This document shows, in pieces, positions 1-9,447 of a stretch of 40,347 nucleotides of DNA (within the stretch, counting starts at the first letter, position 1; each line of letters starts with the position of its first letter). Position numbers and translations under genes: made by a program. Origin of the DNA: a virus (taxonomy: Duplodnaviria; Heunggongvirae; Uroviricota; Caudoviricetes); the IMG/VR virus record IMGVR_UViG_2728369181_000008; one strand, written 5' to 3'. The notes beneath the pieces were generated by a model. The model made no database searches. It worked only from the letters and a program-made list of their open reading frames with translations, and was not told the origin of the DNA.

Positions 1-342
1 ATGATGAGAAAAAGTATTCTGGCGTTTCTGTTACTCACCAGTTCTGCAGCTGCGCTGGCGGCACCGCAGGTGATTACCGTCAGCCGTTTTGAAGTGGGTA
101 AAGACAAATGGGCGTTTAATCGCGAAGAGGTGATGCTGACTTGCCGACCGGGTAATGCTTTGTATGTCATTAACCCAAGTACCCTCGTGCAGTATCCTTT
201 AAACGATATCGCACAAAAGGAAGTTGCCAGTGGGAAGACTAAAGCCCAACCCATTTCGGTGATTCAGATTGATGATCCTAACAATCCCGGCGAAAAAATG
301 AGTCTGGCACCGTTTATAGAGCGAGCTGAAAAACTCTGTTAA
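1..342 (+). CDS. yebY: Secreted/periplasmic small protein, DUF2511 (YebY-like); host flank
   Basis: 113-aa ORF with a typical N-terminal signal peptide ([20 protein letters not shown]|AP); sequence recalled as E. coli YebY, not verified by search; followed by a hairpin terminator. Confidence 0.6.
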   Translation: MMRKSILAFLLLTSSAAALAAPQVITVSRFEVGKDKWAFNREEVMLTCRPGNALYVINPSTLVQYPLNDIAQKEVASGKTKAQPISVIQIDDPNNPGEKMSLAPFIERAEKLC

Positions 343-371
343 TTACCTAAAATAGCCTTTTGATTTCCAAT

Positions 372-412
372 AAAAAACCGCCTCAGTTCTTTCACCAGAA
401 CGGGCGGTTTTT
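372..412 (+). terminator. Rho-independent terminator after the yebY-like gene (A-tract, GC stem ccgcc/ggcgg, T-tract; possibly bidirectional)
   Basis: aaaaaaccgcc...ggcggttttt read directly. Confidence 0.6.
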
Positions 413-499
413 AACATTTAAGCTGATGACCACCACGCTTTTTATTGACCATTTTGCACGCAAACTGGAAAACCTGGCGTCGTCATCTATTCTTAAAGA

Positions 500-602
500 G
501 CAAGGCAACTAAGCCTGCATTAATGCCAACTTTTAGCGCACGGCTCTCTCCCAAGAGCCATTTCCCTGGACCGAATACAGGAATCGTATTCGGTCTCTTT
601 TT
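500..602 (+). ncRNA. Candidate sRNA, SdsR/RyeB-like (about 103 nt ending in a strong intrinsic terminator); RyeA/SraC would be antisense
   Basis: Two hairpins (ggctct/agagcc at 541-559; accgaatac/gtattcggt at 570-594) followed by ctcttttt; length and position next to yebY match my recollection of the sdsR locus; 5' end not determined. Confidence 0.4.
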
Positions 603-733
603 AATTGTATTTAAAATCAATTAGTTGCAAGCATCTCCCCGAAATTCCCCGAAATTTACTCGAATTTCTGTATTCCGGTCTTTTTTGGTTATATCACAAC
701 CAATATACATTTAACAATCCATTTACGTTAAAA

Positions 734-1810
734 TCAGAGCAGTAAGTACGTTTTTTCTCGCTCATCAAGATACATTTTTGTTGTCTTCTCCGATGTGTGA
801 CCAAGTAGGCGCTGGGCAAATTCTTCTCCACATGTTTCTTTGTACAATCGTCCAGCCAGACTTCTGATCTCGTGAAAAGTTGGTGGGTTTTCACTGAACT
901 GAATACCTGTTAATTTTCTGGCTGCGACAAATTTTTTTGTCAGGCCATCCGGGTGAATGCTGCCGTCAGGGCTGTTTTTTCTAATCCCGGCACTGATTAG
1001 ATAATCTCCCCGGCTTACCAGGCGGCACCGTTCAACTACTGTACCAAGCCGTAGACCAGCGACAGGAAGGCTGAGTGACAGGGGGATAGCAATCATCATT
1101 CCTGTCTTAATTTGCCTGATGTGGAGACGATCATCATAAATATCACTGAACCGCATATTCGTTATGTCTTCGCGACGTTGTCCTGTTACAAGGGCTAAAT
1201 CCATAGCTAATGGGAACCATGCCGGAAGTTGATCTGCTGCCTCCCTGATGCAGTTGTATGTCTTTAGTTTCAGTCGTTCTCTTGTAACTACTATTTTCGG
1301 TGCTCTTGTTGGCGTTACTGGATTTTGAGATATACGTCCTTCAACAATGGCCTCGCGAAACATATCAGACAACACAGAACGCATTGATCCTGCCATTGTG
1401 TTTTTCCCTCCTTCAATCCACAAATCAAGAAACTCGGCAATATGGCGAGTGGTTATTTCTGTCAGTAAAATCCCTCCCAATTTTTCTTTTATTGTCTCCA
1501 GTTGATTTACCCGAATTTTATAAGTATTTCTGGACACTTTTCTCCTTATAAGAATCGTTTTGTAACGTTCAATCCAGTCTGCCATAGTAAATGAGTCGAA
1601 CCCTTTAAGCTTTTCAATTAAGGCAGCAGGAGAGTAGTTTTTGTATATATAATGATTTGCTTCAATTGCCTGCGCTACTGCATCTCTTCTTGAAATTTTA
1701 CCTAGTGTAAATTCTTCTTTCGTCAGAGGGTTGCGCCAGTAATATGCTTTGTCCCTCCTTCGATATGTTAAGTTTTTAGGCAAATTGGGATCGTATTTTT
1801 TCCGCTGCAT
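734..1810 (-). CDS. int: Tyrosine site-specific integrase, lambda Int family
   Basis: 358 aa; clear similarity to lambda Int including the C-terminal HxxR...Y region ([15 protein letters not shown]); RBS ggagaag upstream; 3' end adjacent to the presumed attL. Confidence 0.9.
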   Translation of the reverse strand: MQRKKYDPNLPKNLTYRRRDKAYYWRNPLTKEEFTLGKISRRDAVAQAIEANHYIYKNYSPAALIEKLKGFDSFTMADWIERYKTILIRRKVSRNTYKIRVNQLETIKEKLGGILLTEITTRHIAEFLDLWIEGGKNTMAGSMRSVLSDMFREAIVEGRISQNPVTPTRAPKIVVTRERLKLKTYNCIREAADQLPAWFPLAMDLALVTGQRREDITNMRFSDIYDDRLHIRQIKTGMMIAIPLSLSLPVAGLRLGTVVERCRLVSRGDYLISAGIRKNSPDGSIHPDGLTKKFVAARKLTGIQFSENPPTFHEIRSLAGRLYKETCGEEFAQRLLGHTSEKTTKMYLDEREKTYLLL

Positions 1811-2063
1811 GTTTTAACTTCTCCAGTAACGGACTGTCTCTCCCTTGTCGCCCATTAGGCTGATGGTGTGTTATATCGGTATCAACCTTATTTGGGTTGA
1901 TATAGAAAGCCTCCGGAACCACTCTGTAACTCCTCCCGTGTAGTTCAGGTGCAGGATAAATGTTTCCATTCCTTGCCCATCGTCTCAGCGTTGATATTGA
2001 TGGTGGGTTATCCGGATATCTGAGTTTTCCCCACGTTTTGAGTGTCACAAGATTCATTGCCAT
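1776..2063 (-). CDS. xis: Excisionase (Xis-like DNA-binding protein)
   Basis: 95 aa immediately upstream of and overlapping int; basic winged-helix-like N-terminus (LVTLKTWGKLRYPDNPPSISTLRRWARNGNIYP); RBS aagagg. Confidence 0.7.
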   Translation of the reverse strand: MAMNLVTLKTWGKLRYPDNPPSISTLRRWARNGNIYPAPELHGRSYRVVPEAFYINPNKVDTDITHHQPNGRQGRDSPLLEKLKHAAEKIRSQFA

Positions 2064-2163
2064 ACCTCTTACGATATGACCGTCAGTAAATATACAGAAT
2101 ACTGGCGGGTGTGGTTGATTTTTAATAATCAGCTATGAAGTTCTAATTTGTATATAATGCAAC

Positions 2164-2352
2164 TCACGAGGACAGAAGTTTCTCGCAATTAAAATTTATC
2201 AGCTTTACTTTCTGCTCTCTGGACACGCCTGCTTCTTTTTTCCCTGAGAGCATTTTTTCGCATTCTGATTTCGTTAATTTAGATTTTGAATATCTTGTCC
2301 AGTTAGTGGGAGTGCCACCTTCCTTTTCAATAGTGGCAGTAATTTTATACAT
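2164..2352 (-). CDS. Small protein, YdaC-like (DUF1187) by synteny
   Basis: 62 aa from MYKITATIEKEGG; RBS ggagg; start overlaps the lar stop (ATGTATAA); same position as ydaC in Rac. Confidence 0.5.
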   Translation of the reverse strand: MYKITATIEKEGGTPTNWTRYSKSKLTKSECEKMLSGKKEAGVSREQKVKLINFNCEKLLSS

Positions 2353-2551
2353 GAACACCTCCATTATTATTTCCAGTAGTTCGTTTATTCCATCTTTCGA
2401 GTGCTTCTTTTTCACTTCCACTATAGCCGGTTCGGGATTCGCATCCGTTACACTTTGCGCGGTAATATCCTGAAATGGCTTTCACCGTAACAGATGGACA
2501 ACCACAAAACGGACATGGTTTAACATCGTCATATCTCATAATTTTTGTCAT
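2345..2551 (-). CDS. ralR: Restriction alleviation protein, Lar/RalR family
   Basis: KPCPFCGC...CNGCESR zinc-ribbon signature typical of Lar; start ambiguous (2539, 2551 or 2578). Confidence 0.8.
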   Translation of the reverse strand: MTKIMRYDDVKPCPFCGCPSVTVKAISGYYRAKCNGCESRTGYSGSEKEALERWNKRTTGNNNGGVHV

Positions 2552-2595
2552 AAAAACTGTCTCACGTTGGCGGTGCATTACACCGCCTGGCTGAA

Positions 2596-3405
2596 TTATT
2601 CTTCTGAATTATCGATTACACTGTATTCCCCGGTTAATACAGAGGAGTCTGCCGGATCGATTGTCAGTGGTTCCTTTTCATCCATTGATACTGCACGCTG
2701 GATTTCAATTGAGACAGGCAGGTATTTAAACAGGCGACGAATAGCCGTTTTTTTTGCCATTTCTTCCCAGTGAGTTACCCACGGCCCGTTATTACCTGCC
2801 TTACTCTGGCTGCGCACCAGTTCAATCTGTTTGCGCGTCATAACTTCAAACTGAGTCCCTCCGTCTTTCAGTCTTGCGACAGCATAGACGTGGGTCACTG
2901 GTGCATCTTCGTTTTCTCCCGGGCGGTGTATTAACTTTTCATCAAGGCCAAATTCAAAACTAAACTCGTCACCTTCACGGACAACACGGGCTGACAGGCT
3001 GGCGATTTGACCAGAACGGCGAGCCAGATCAATCATGCCGCGATAACCAATGATTAGCTGAACGTTCTTTTTACCGCTCTTTTCGTTTTTATTACCAAAA
3101 GGCAGTAAATATGCGTGGCCGAGGGCGCTACCTGGCTCAAGGCCGAGCTGTGAACACTGAACGATCGCACTGACAAAACTCATGGTGTCACAGTTTCCTA
3201 GCGCCGGAACCTTACGAATTTCTGTAGTGGCGATACGTATCATTCGTTCAGCCGTCATATGGCGTGGGAGAGCTGCTGCCAGTTGCTCTTTCATTGATGG
3301 CTGATTAATAAAGCTGATCACGTCGTTATTTTTTACTGCTGCTGGTGCACGGTTTCCCTGAGTTTTTTGCAGATCGGCTTTTGCGATAGGTGGTTGCTTA
3401 GTCAT
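2596..3405 (-). CDS. recT: Recombinase RecT (single-strand annealing protein)
   Basis: 269 aa from [16 protein letters not shown]; near-identical to my recollection of E. coli Rac RecT. Confidence 0.95.
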   Translation of the reverse strand: MTKQPPIAKADLQKTQGNRAPAAVKNNDVISFINQPSMKEQLAAALPRHMTAERMIRIATTEIRKVPALGNCDTMSFVSAIVQCSQLGLEPGSALGHAYLLPFGNKNEKSGKKNVQLIIGYRGMIDLARRSGQIASLSARVVREGDEFSFEFGLDEKLIHRPGENEDAPVTHVYAVARLKDGGTQFEVMTRKQIELVRSQSKAGNNGPWVTHWEEMAKKTAIRRLFKYLPVSIEIQRAVSMDEKEPLTIDPADSSVLTGEYSVIDNSEE

Positions 3406-6052
3406 TTGCATACTCCTTAGCCCAGCGGGGCAGTGATAACGTTTTAATAGCTGGCCATTCATCGGTATTCAGGCAGTCAGCCAGGGTCCTCAGATTGCGG
3501 TGATATTCCTGCTGGCCTGCCAGTTTTGCTTCTTCGCCCATCATGAAAATCTCAACCGGGTAACGTCCGCATTCAACAGTTGTGCTGGCAACCAGAAAAA
3601 CGAAAGTTGGCAGCACACCAAACTGTGCTTCATAACCGTCACTGTAGAATGCATCCTGAACGTGATAGCGGTAGTCGTAATAAGCCGTTTTGAATCGTTG
3701 AATATCCGCTGTGGTTTTCACGTCCATGATCCAGTGAAATTCAGGAATAATTTTGTCCGGACGGCACCGACACAAAATTCCTGTTTCCGGATCTTCCCAG
3801 TAAATTGATGATTCAGCGTGTCCGGCGCTTTCCACAAGCCATTGACCCAGCGGCAAAGCCATAACGCTCTGATACATGAGTTCAATTTTCCGGCCTTCTT
3901 CGGCAGTGATAACCGTTTTTCCTGTGCTTGCGCATTCCATCAGAAACGCTTTCTCTTCTTCTTTTCCGGCGTTTGTACGGCGGTTAAATTCAGGTGCTAC
4001 GATAAAGCGGTTACTGAATTCTTCCGGTTCAAGTACACGGCAGTGGAAAGCGGTTCCTAAATCGAGCGTTTTTGTCTTTGTGGTGTCCACAGGGGCATTT
4101 TTACGCCACAAATACAGCGCCGGAGTATCAGCAATGTCGTCGAGCTGAGACTTACTGACACCGGGACCCGCGTGGTAATTCTCATTCGAAATTCCGTAAT
4201 AAATACCAGGCTCTATGTCTCCTGCGATTACGGGATCTGCGACTTCGCCAGTTTCATCACTGCAATCGCGATGCAGATCGCTGCCAGCATTCTCATTGTG
4301 CGGATGTTCAGGGCCTTCCATTTCCTCCGGCTCTTTTTCCTGAGATTCATCCAGATTTTCTTCATTAAAGGTTTCCTGATACGTTGCGTCGCCCATCACC
4401 GCGCCACAGTCAGGACAGTTGCCGCCGCCAGCCTGACCGCAGGCATTGCAGACTTTTTCCAGTTCCTGTTGCGCTTCTGGTTCATTTTGTCGCGCATTTT
4501 GGCCGTTTTGTTCCGATTTTCGGTCGTTCTGTTCTGTTTCTGGCTGATGCTGGTACACAGAATCGCGGGTCTGGATCCCTTTAACCCATTTCGGATCATT
4601 CGGGTCGCTAATCCCTTCAACAAATTCTCCGCGAGAGGCAGCCAGTAATTTGTCTGCATCGACAGGATTTTTGGGCGGAATGTTTTTCCGGGCTTCATGG
4701 AGTTCTGCCCGCAGTTTCTGATATTTCGCATCAACAGAATTTACCTGTGACTGAGCATCCAGCGGCTGCGTGTCCTGATGATGTTCAGTTGCATCCGGTT
4801 CCACTGTTTCAGCCGTTGCCTGTTCATCTGCCATTGCGCAAGATGGTTGCGGTTTTTCTTCATCATCCTGTTTTTCTTCTTCTGTTACACGCTGCGGCAT
4901 CGGGGCAGAGGAGCGACCGCAGGCAATATCCACGATTTCCGGATCAGGGTTGGCATGATCGGTTTCAGTCAGTACTTTGTTCAGATATTCAGTGACGTGT
5001 GCGGGGATGACCTCGATCCCAATTGGTGCTTCTTTTACGGACGCAACCACGATGGCGCGGGAATAATCCAGCCCGCCAGGCATGGTGATGAATTTGTCGC
5101 GGAAAACAGAAAAGGGCGGTTTATTTTCAGCGATAATTTCCTCGACACGTTTAGCGTGTGCCGGATGAAGGTTATAAATGTCCACGTCCATTGAACGGGC
5201 CAGTACGCCAGTGGCTACGTCGCGCGCCAGTGACGTCAGATCGTGAACGAAACCTTCGCCGCGATCGGTGAGGTTCCCGCCGCCAGCATTAGCGCCGGAA
5301 GCCGTGCGCGTGATGCGTGAAACACGATTTCCTTTCATCCACTCTTTTGTCAGCAGACCGCGATCGGTGTAGTCTGCGTCCAGGTATGCTTCGAAAAAAG
5401 CAGTCATCAGCCCCAGGCTTGAATTGCCTGGATTAGGGAAAACTCTGTCAGTATCACGCACCAGTTTGTGGAGATCGCGAATTTCCAGCGGGTCGAGCAG
5501 GCTGGTTTTGTGGGAAACAGCCAGGGCAGTAACAGCCGGTAGTTCCTCAGCCCGTGCAATGTGTAATGCCTGGAGTTCGTCGCGTGAAACGTGCGTTACC
5601 GGTTTTTCGCTGCCGTGTTGAGCAAGCCAGCGAATGGGCAGCTCCTGGCCAGAAATCGGGAGTAGCATATTCTCCTCAATCTCCGTCATGTCTTCGCCAT
5701 TAACATTGGTATTGTCAGTGCTGGCTGGTTTGTCCTGCGCAGAGGGTGAGGGCGCGATAAATACCATTGTGATGCCATCTTCCCCGCCTTTTTCGTAACG
5801 GTTGCAGAATTCCGTATCAAATACGCCTTCTGGCGGGAGGTCATCAACAACGGGCAAATTGACGCGAACAGGTTTTTTAAAGTCATCTTCATCGTAGCCA
5901 GCATCGTCAATCGCAACAGCACCACGGGAGATGGCAATGGATAATTTTTTCGCTTCAGCCCAGTAAAAACCGCCTTTAATACCGAGACGTTTTCTTACTT
6001 TGTCATTTTTTGCTTCGTAATACAGTGGATAAACTTGTTTATCGGTGCTCAT
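3398..6052 (-). CDS. recE: Exodeoxyribonuclease VIII RecE
   Basis: 884-aa ORF; C-terminal nuclease domain (…[25 protein letters not shown]…MDVKTTADI) as in Rac RecE; N-terminus and exact start uncertain; overlaps recT start. Confidence 0.93.
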   Translation of the reverse strand: MSTDKQVYPLYYEAKNDKVRKRLGIKGGFYWAEAKKLSIAISRGAVAIDDAGYDEDDFKKPVRVNLPVVDDLPPEGVFDTEFCNRYEKGGEDGITMVFIAPSPSAQDKPASTDNTNVNGEDMTEIEENMLLPISGQELPIRWLAQHGSEKPVTHVSRDELQALHIARAEELPAVTALAVSHKTSLLDPLEIRDLHKLVRDTDRVFPNPGNSSLGLMTAFFEAYLDADYTDRGLLTKEWMKGNRVSRITRTASGANAGGGNLTDRGEGFVHDLTSLARDVATGVLARSMDVDIYNLHPAHAKRVEEIIAENKPPFSVFRDKFITMPGGLDYSRAIVVASVKEAPIGIEVIPAHVTEYLNKVLTETDHANPDPEIVDIACGRSSAPMPQRVTEEEKQDDEEKPQPSCAMADEQATAETVEPDATEHHQDTQPLDAQSQVNSVDAKYQKLRAELHEARKNIPPKNPVDADKLLAASRGEFVEGISDPNDPKWVKGIQTRDSVYQHQPETEQNDRKSEQNGQNARQNEPEAQQELEKVCNACGQAGGGNCPDCGAVMGDATYQETFNEENLDESQEKEPEEMEGPEHPHNENAGSDLHRDCSDETGEVADPVIAGDIEPGIYYGISNENYHAGPGVSKSQLDDIADTPALYLWRKNAPVDTTKTKTLDLGTAFHCRVLEPEEFSNRFIVAPEFNRRTNAGKEEEKAFLMECASTGKTVITAEEGRKIELMYQSVMALPLGQWLVESAGHAESSIYWEDPETGILCRCRPDKIIPEFHWIMDVKTTADIQRFKTAYYDYRYHVQDAFYSDGYEAQFGVLPTFVFLVASTTVECGRYPVEIFMMGEEAKLAGQQEYHRNLRTLADCLNTDEWPAIKTLSLPRWAKEYAND

Positions 6053-6075
6053 TGTTTCTTAACCTCAACTCATAT

Positions 6076-6372
6076 TCAGATTGCATAAAAGAAATGAACT
6101 GATGATGCGATGCCTGAGAGTTCTTTCTGTCGTTGATAACTGATGCCGTATTTCTTGTCAGCCTCTTCAATACGAGCTGCGAGTAATGCAACTTCTTTAA
6201 TGGCACACACATAACAATCAAATGTTCCCAGAACGTAACCGCCATCAATAATTACCGTAACGTTTTCTTTTTGGGAAATCTGAGTAAAACCATGTAATGT
6301 ATTCCCACATTTGAATTCGGCGAGAGAATCGTTAATAACATCAAGTTCAATTTCACATTCAATAATGCTCAT
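6076..6372 (-). CDS. RacC-like small protein
   Basis: 98 aa from MSIIECEIELD with RBS aaggaag; position after recE as in Rac; name by synteny and length only. Confidence 0.5.
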   Translation of the reverse strand: MSIIECEIELDVINDSLAEFKCGNTLHGFTQISQKENVTVIIDGGYVLGTFDCYVCAIKEVALLAARIEEADKKYGISYQRQKELSGIASSVHFFYAI

Positions 6373-6446
6373 TGCTGCTTCCTTTTTTAAGGTTGAGCGA
6401 ATCCCTGCCATTGCTGGCATAAATTCAGTTTCGAATAATCAGTTAA

Positions 6447-6617
6447 TTAAAGTTCGTGTGCCATCTGGTCTTTTTCGGCGCAAGCTTTACTGCAATATTT
6501 TCTCGGTTCGTCTTTTGATAAAGTCCCGTGCATGAAGTGAAGCATTCTTTCAATTGCCTTGCTTTCTTCAATTTCTTTATTACAAAGGTGGTAAGCACAT
6601 TTTATTTTCTTAGTCAT
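6447..6617 (-). CDS. YdaE-like zinc-binding protein (56 aa), not in the ORF track
   Basis: Own translation of the minus strand: [56 protein letters not shown]; four Cys; start may be the upstream GTG/ATG at 6620-6623. Confidence 0.6.
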   Translation of the reverse strand: MTKKIKCAYHLCNKEIEESKAIERMLHFMHGTLSKDEPRKYCSKACAEKDQMAHEL

Positions 6618-6838
6618 CACCATGACTCCGCCTTTACAGGTAAACCATCACGACCGAGGAAGATTTTAATCATGCGGTCAGTAATGCATGTTTTTGTGGT
6701 CAGGCTACGGATATAAAGTTTCCTCTTTTTAATATTATTTGCCGAGGCAATATATGTCCGGCCTTCATGAAGAACATAATCGCCAGGAGTCACACACTGA
6801 CGTGGTATTTCATCAGTTCCGAAGTGATGTGCAATCAT
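6617..6838 (-). CDS. kilR: KilR-like cell-division (FtsZ) inhibitor
   Basis: 73 aa from [21 protein letters not shown] with RBS ggaga; matches recalled Rac KilR. Confidence 0.85.
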   Translation of the reverse strand: MIAHHFGTDEIPRQCVTPGDYVLHEGRTYIASANNIKKRKLYIRSLTTKTCITDRMIKIFLGRDGLPVKAESW

Positions 6839-7244
6839 AATTATCTCCATTTTTACAAATGAACTTTGTTGATGCGGCGCCTGGTGCCTCCAGGTGACTG
6901 CAACCAGTTAACAATTACAGTCGGCTTTCCCACCCAAACCAATAAGGACTAACATGACTTTTAACTGTGCCGCGTGCGCTTAGCCGCATTCACCGCATCA
7001 CAAAATTCACTTTAAAAAGGGCGGACATCAGTCGAACTTCAAGAAAAAACTGATGCCGCCAAGACTACACACAGCAGTGTTGTTATTCACAACCGGAGGC
7101 GCACTCCAACCATTTAAATTTAACAGACAAGACCGACTCTTTATGGATACCGGAAATGCGCCTTCGTGTTGTGCGCCTGTCTTTTTACCACTTCAGGCTC
7201 GGTGGTATACTGGAGTTCTCACACAACCAGTAAGGAGAATAATT

Positions 7245-7424
7245 GTGCTATCCAATATGAATGAAATTGATTCGTTAGTTTTTGAATATTTGCGACTTAA
7301 GCACCCCAAAGGCTGGGATTGCAGTGAAGCCGATTTTATTTCAGAAGTTCAACGCCTGAGAGCGGAGTTTACCGAGCTTCTTAACCCGCCTCAGCGTGAT
7401 ATCCCCCCTGGATTTATTGGTTAA
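7245..7424 (+). CDS. Small hypothetical protein (59 aa), GTG start; C-terminus ...DIPPGFIG
   Basis: Strong RBS aaggaga 6 nt before GTG; promoter-like TTTACC-N17-TATACT upstream; convergent with the 7414..7776 gene. Confidence 0.45.
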   Translation: MLSNMNEIDSLVFEYLRLKHPKGWDCSEADFISEVQRLRAEFTELLNPPQRDIPPGFIG

Positions 7425-7776
7425 TCGCTAGAGTAATCATTGATTTGATACTGGCAACGGCTGCTGCGCTTGCCGTTGCCACAGCATTTTCAACAAACTC
7501 TTTATCTTTGCCTTTTAATGTTAGTTCTTCTATTATCCGGCAAAATGTAGGTTGATATTTTTCCAGAACAAAGTAAGCAAATTCTCTGTTAACGCTATGC
7601 CCATAAACAATAATATTTTTATCTGTTTGCTTTGTATTTGTATCATATGCAGAATGTAGACTTTTATTAGCCATAATAATTCGTTCTTCAGTGCCTGCAT
7701 TTGGTTCCAGCTGCTGGAGGCGCTTTGCATCCTCCAGAAGCAGAGCGATAACGTGTTTTAATTCTGTTTCGTTCAT
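7414..7776 (-). CDS. Hypothetical protein (120 aa), accessory gene at the sieB/rex position
   Basis: ORF with RBS aggtga before ATG at 7776 (GTG at 7785 also possible); AT-rich 3' half; no recognisable motif. Confidence 0.5.
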   Translation of the reverse strand: MNETELKHVIALLLEDAKRLQQLEPNAGTEERIIMANKSLHSAYDTNTKQTDKNIIVYGHSVNREFAYFVLEKYQPTFCRIIEELTLKGKDKEFVENAVATASAAAVASIKSMITLAINQ

Positions 7777-7777
7777 T

Positions 7778-7933
7778 TTATTCACCTGAATGTATTGCCA
7801 ACCATCGACGCGCGCCAGCTTCGGTTTTAAACGTTTTGCTTTTGGTATAAGTCATGGCGGTGAATGTGCCGTCTTGATTGGGAAACACGCCACATACCAG
7901 AGATTCGTTGTTGCCAAGATCGATAGTATTCAT
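7778..7933 (-). CDS. DUF1391-type small protein (YdaF-like)
   Basis: 51 aa from MNTIDLGNNESLVCGVFPNQDGTF with RBS gagg; first gene of the leftward operon. Confidence 0.5.
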   Translation of the reverse strand: MNTIDLGNNESLVCGVFPNQDGTFTAMTYTKSKTFKTEAGARRWLAIHSGE

Positions 7934-8114
7934 GTTGACCTCATTTCCCCTTAACGCCGGGTGGCGGAACGTTTTATCTACTGCGCTTTGTATCAATCAA
8001 CAACTGCCGTCATGTTCGTATGCCTCGGGCTGGCTACTTAACCCCTGACCACTGCCTGGTAACTCGAAGTATTGCCCTGCGTTCTGTGGGGCGGGGTGGG
8101 TTGGTAGGTATATG

Positions 8115-8153
8115 ATGTACTTTGTGTTCATTGATGTAAAGTACTTTAAGTAC
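8115..8153. promoter_or_regulatory. Left operator/promoter cluster (OL/PL analogue)
   Basis: ATGTACTTTGTGTTC (8115-8129), a copy of the 15-bp repeat also found right of the repressor, plus the palindrome GTACTTTAAGTAC (8141-8153). Confidence 0.5.
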
Positions 8154-8230
8154 ATTTTGTGTGTAAAAAAATGAGATGGGATAAAGTGAAGCACAAACCC
8201 GGAGGGGGGAGCTACCGGATTTATGCTGGT

Positions 8231-8650
8231 TTAAGAGGCTTTTTGTTTTTTCTTTCGTGCTAACTCTTCGTAAATTGCATTGTACTTCTGTTTTTTCTCC
8301 TCAAGAGTTTTTAAAAGTTCATCTGTCTCACTGTCAGGGAGCTCGTCCAGAAGGTCAATGATGATTTTTTGTCTTGGATTTAACTCCTGATAGAAACGTA
8401 CCTGTCCACTTTCTTCTGTATCCTCTCCCAAAAGATAGGTTGGTGTTGTTCCAATGAGTGTTGCTAATTCCCTTAATTTCTCTCGGCGAGGAATTGTTTC
8501 GCCATTAAACCATTTGCTAACCGCTTTTGGTGTTAATTTCATTCGACGGGCAATTTCTGCCTGCCTTCCATGTTGTTCATAACCAGCGTTTTCACAGGCT
8601 AGCGCAAGCCTACTGGCGAACTCTTTACGCGCTTTATCTTCATGAACCAT
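8231..8650 (-). CDS. Prophage repressor, HTH-XRE type (RacR-like; no S24 peptidase domain)
   Basis: 139 aa; N-terminal HTH (…LTPKAVSKWFNGETIPRREKLRELATLIG…); charged coiled-coil-like C-terminus; divergent from the cro-like gene. Confidence 0.75.
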   Translation of the reverse strand: MVHEDKARKEFASRLALACENAGYEQHGRQAEIARRMKLTPKAVSKWFNGETIPRREKLRELATLIGTTPTYLLGEDTEESGQVRFYQELNPRQKIIIDLLDELPDSETDELLKTLEEKKQKYNAIYEELARKKKQKAS

Positions 8651-8674
8651 AAGTTCAATGATATTCGCTCTTGA

Positions 8675-8713
8675 ATGTACTGTCAGTTCTGTTATAGCAT
8701 GTACTCAAAGTTC
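8675..8713. promoter_or_regulatory. Right operator cluster (OR analogue) between repressor and cro-like gene
   Basis: Two 15-bp direct repeats ATGTACTNNNAGTTC at 8675-8689 and 8699-8713. Confidence 0.5.
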
Positions 8714-8729
8714 ACATTGTGAGGGTGAT

Positions 8730-8984
8730 ATGAACCAGAAAACACTTGAAGATGTAATCAAAACTGTTCGCGTTTCTGTTGTGGCCGACGTTTGTGGTGT
8801 CAGCCAAAGAGCAATCTACAAATGGATGGATAACGGAAAATTGCCTCGCACAGAATATACCGGCGAAACAAATTACGCTGAAAAAATCGCTCATGCATCA
8901 AACGGATTATTTTCTGCCGATGTAATTTTAACTATTGGCAGAAATAAAACTACTACGAAAAAGCTGATGGGAGTTGATTCATGA
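8730..8984 (+). CDS. Cro-like HTH regulator (YdaS-like)
   Basis: 84 aa from MNQKTLEDVIK with RBS gagggtga; HTH-like segment (DVCGVSQRAIYKWMDNGKLP); divergent from the repressor. Confidence 0.6.
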   Translation: MNQKTLEDVIKTVRVSVVADVCGVSQRAIYKWMDNGKLPRTEYTGETNYAEKIAHASNGLFSADVILTIGRNKTTTKKLMGVDS

Positions 8985-9403
8985 AAATCAAGCATGAGCA
9001 CATCGAGTCAGTGTTGTTAGCCCTGGCAGCCGAAAAAGGGCAGGCATGGGTAGCCAATGCCATTACTGAAGAATATCTGCGCCAGGGGGGCGGCGAATTG
9101 CCCCTGGTACCAGGCAAGGACTGGAATAATCAGCAGAACATCTATCACCGTTGGTTAAAAGGTGAAACGGAAGCGCAAAGGGAAAAAATTCAGAAACTGA
9201 TCCCTGCAATTCTGGCAATCCTTCCGCGCGAGCTGCGTCACCGACTCTGCATCTTCGATACCCTGGAACGCCGTGCATTACTGGCGGCGCAGGAAGCGTT
9301 GAGTACGGCAATTGATGCGCATGATGATGCAGTCCAGGCCGTTTACCGGAAAGCACATTTCAGCGGTGGCGGGTCGCCCGGCGATTCTGTCGTAGTGCAT
9401 TGA
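8981..9403 (+). CDS. YdaT-like protein (putative toxic regulator family)
   Basis: 140 aa; overlaps the upstream stop (ATGA); same position and length as Rac ydaT. Confidence 0.6.
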   Translation: MKIKHEHIESVLLALAAEKGQAWVANAITEEYLRQGGGELPLVPGKDWNNQQNIYHRWLKGETEAQREKIQKLIPAILAILPRELRHRLCIFDTLERRALLAAQEALSTAIDAHDDAVQAVYRKAHFSGGGSPGDSVVVH

Positions 9404-9447
9404 TTGAAATTAATCGTGCCGGATTGTTTTGTTCGGTATCAGTTAAA

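Noticed and set aside
4172-4734. Possible independent genes within the acidic low-complexity middle of recE
   Set aside because: The region is continuous in the recE frame and the alternative frames are products of the repetitive composition
3500-5194. Several plus-strand ORFs of 80-158 aa antisense to recE
   Set aside because: All lie inside a strongly supported gene on the other strand, lack RBSs and have low-complexity translations; treated as antisense frame artefacts
7053-7244. Longer 123-aa version of the small plus-strand ORF starting at MPPRLH
   Set aside because: No RBS at 7053 and the extension covers the promoter-like region; the GTG at 7245 with RBS aaggaga is the likely start
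7997-8194. 65-aa minus-strand ORF between ydaF-like gene and repressor
   Set aside because: It coincides with the operator/promoter region carrying the 15-bp repeats and palindrome; likely non-coding
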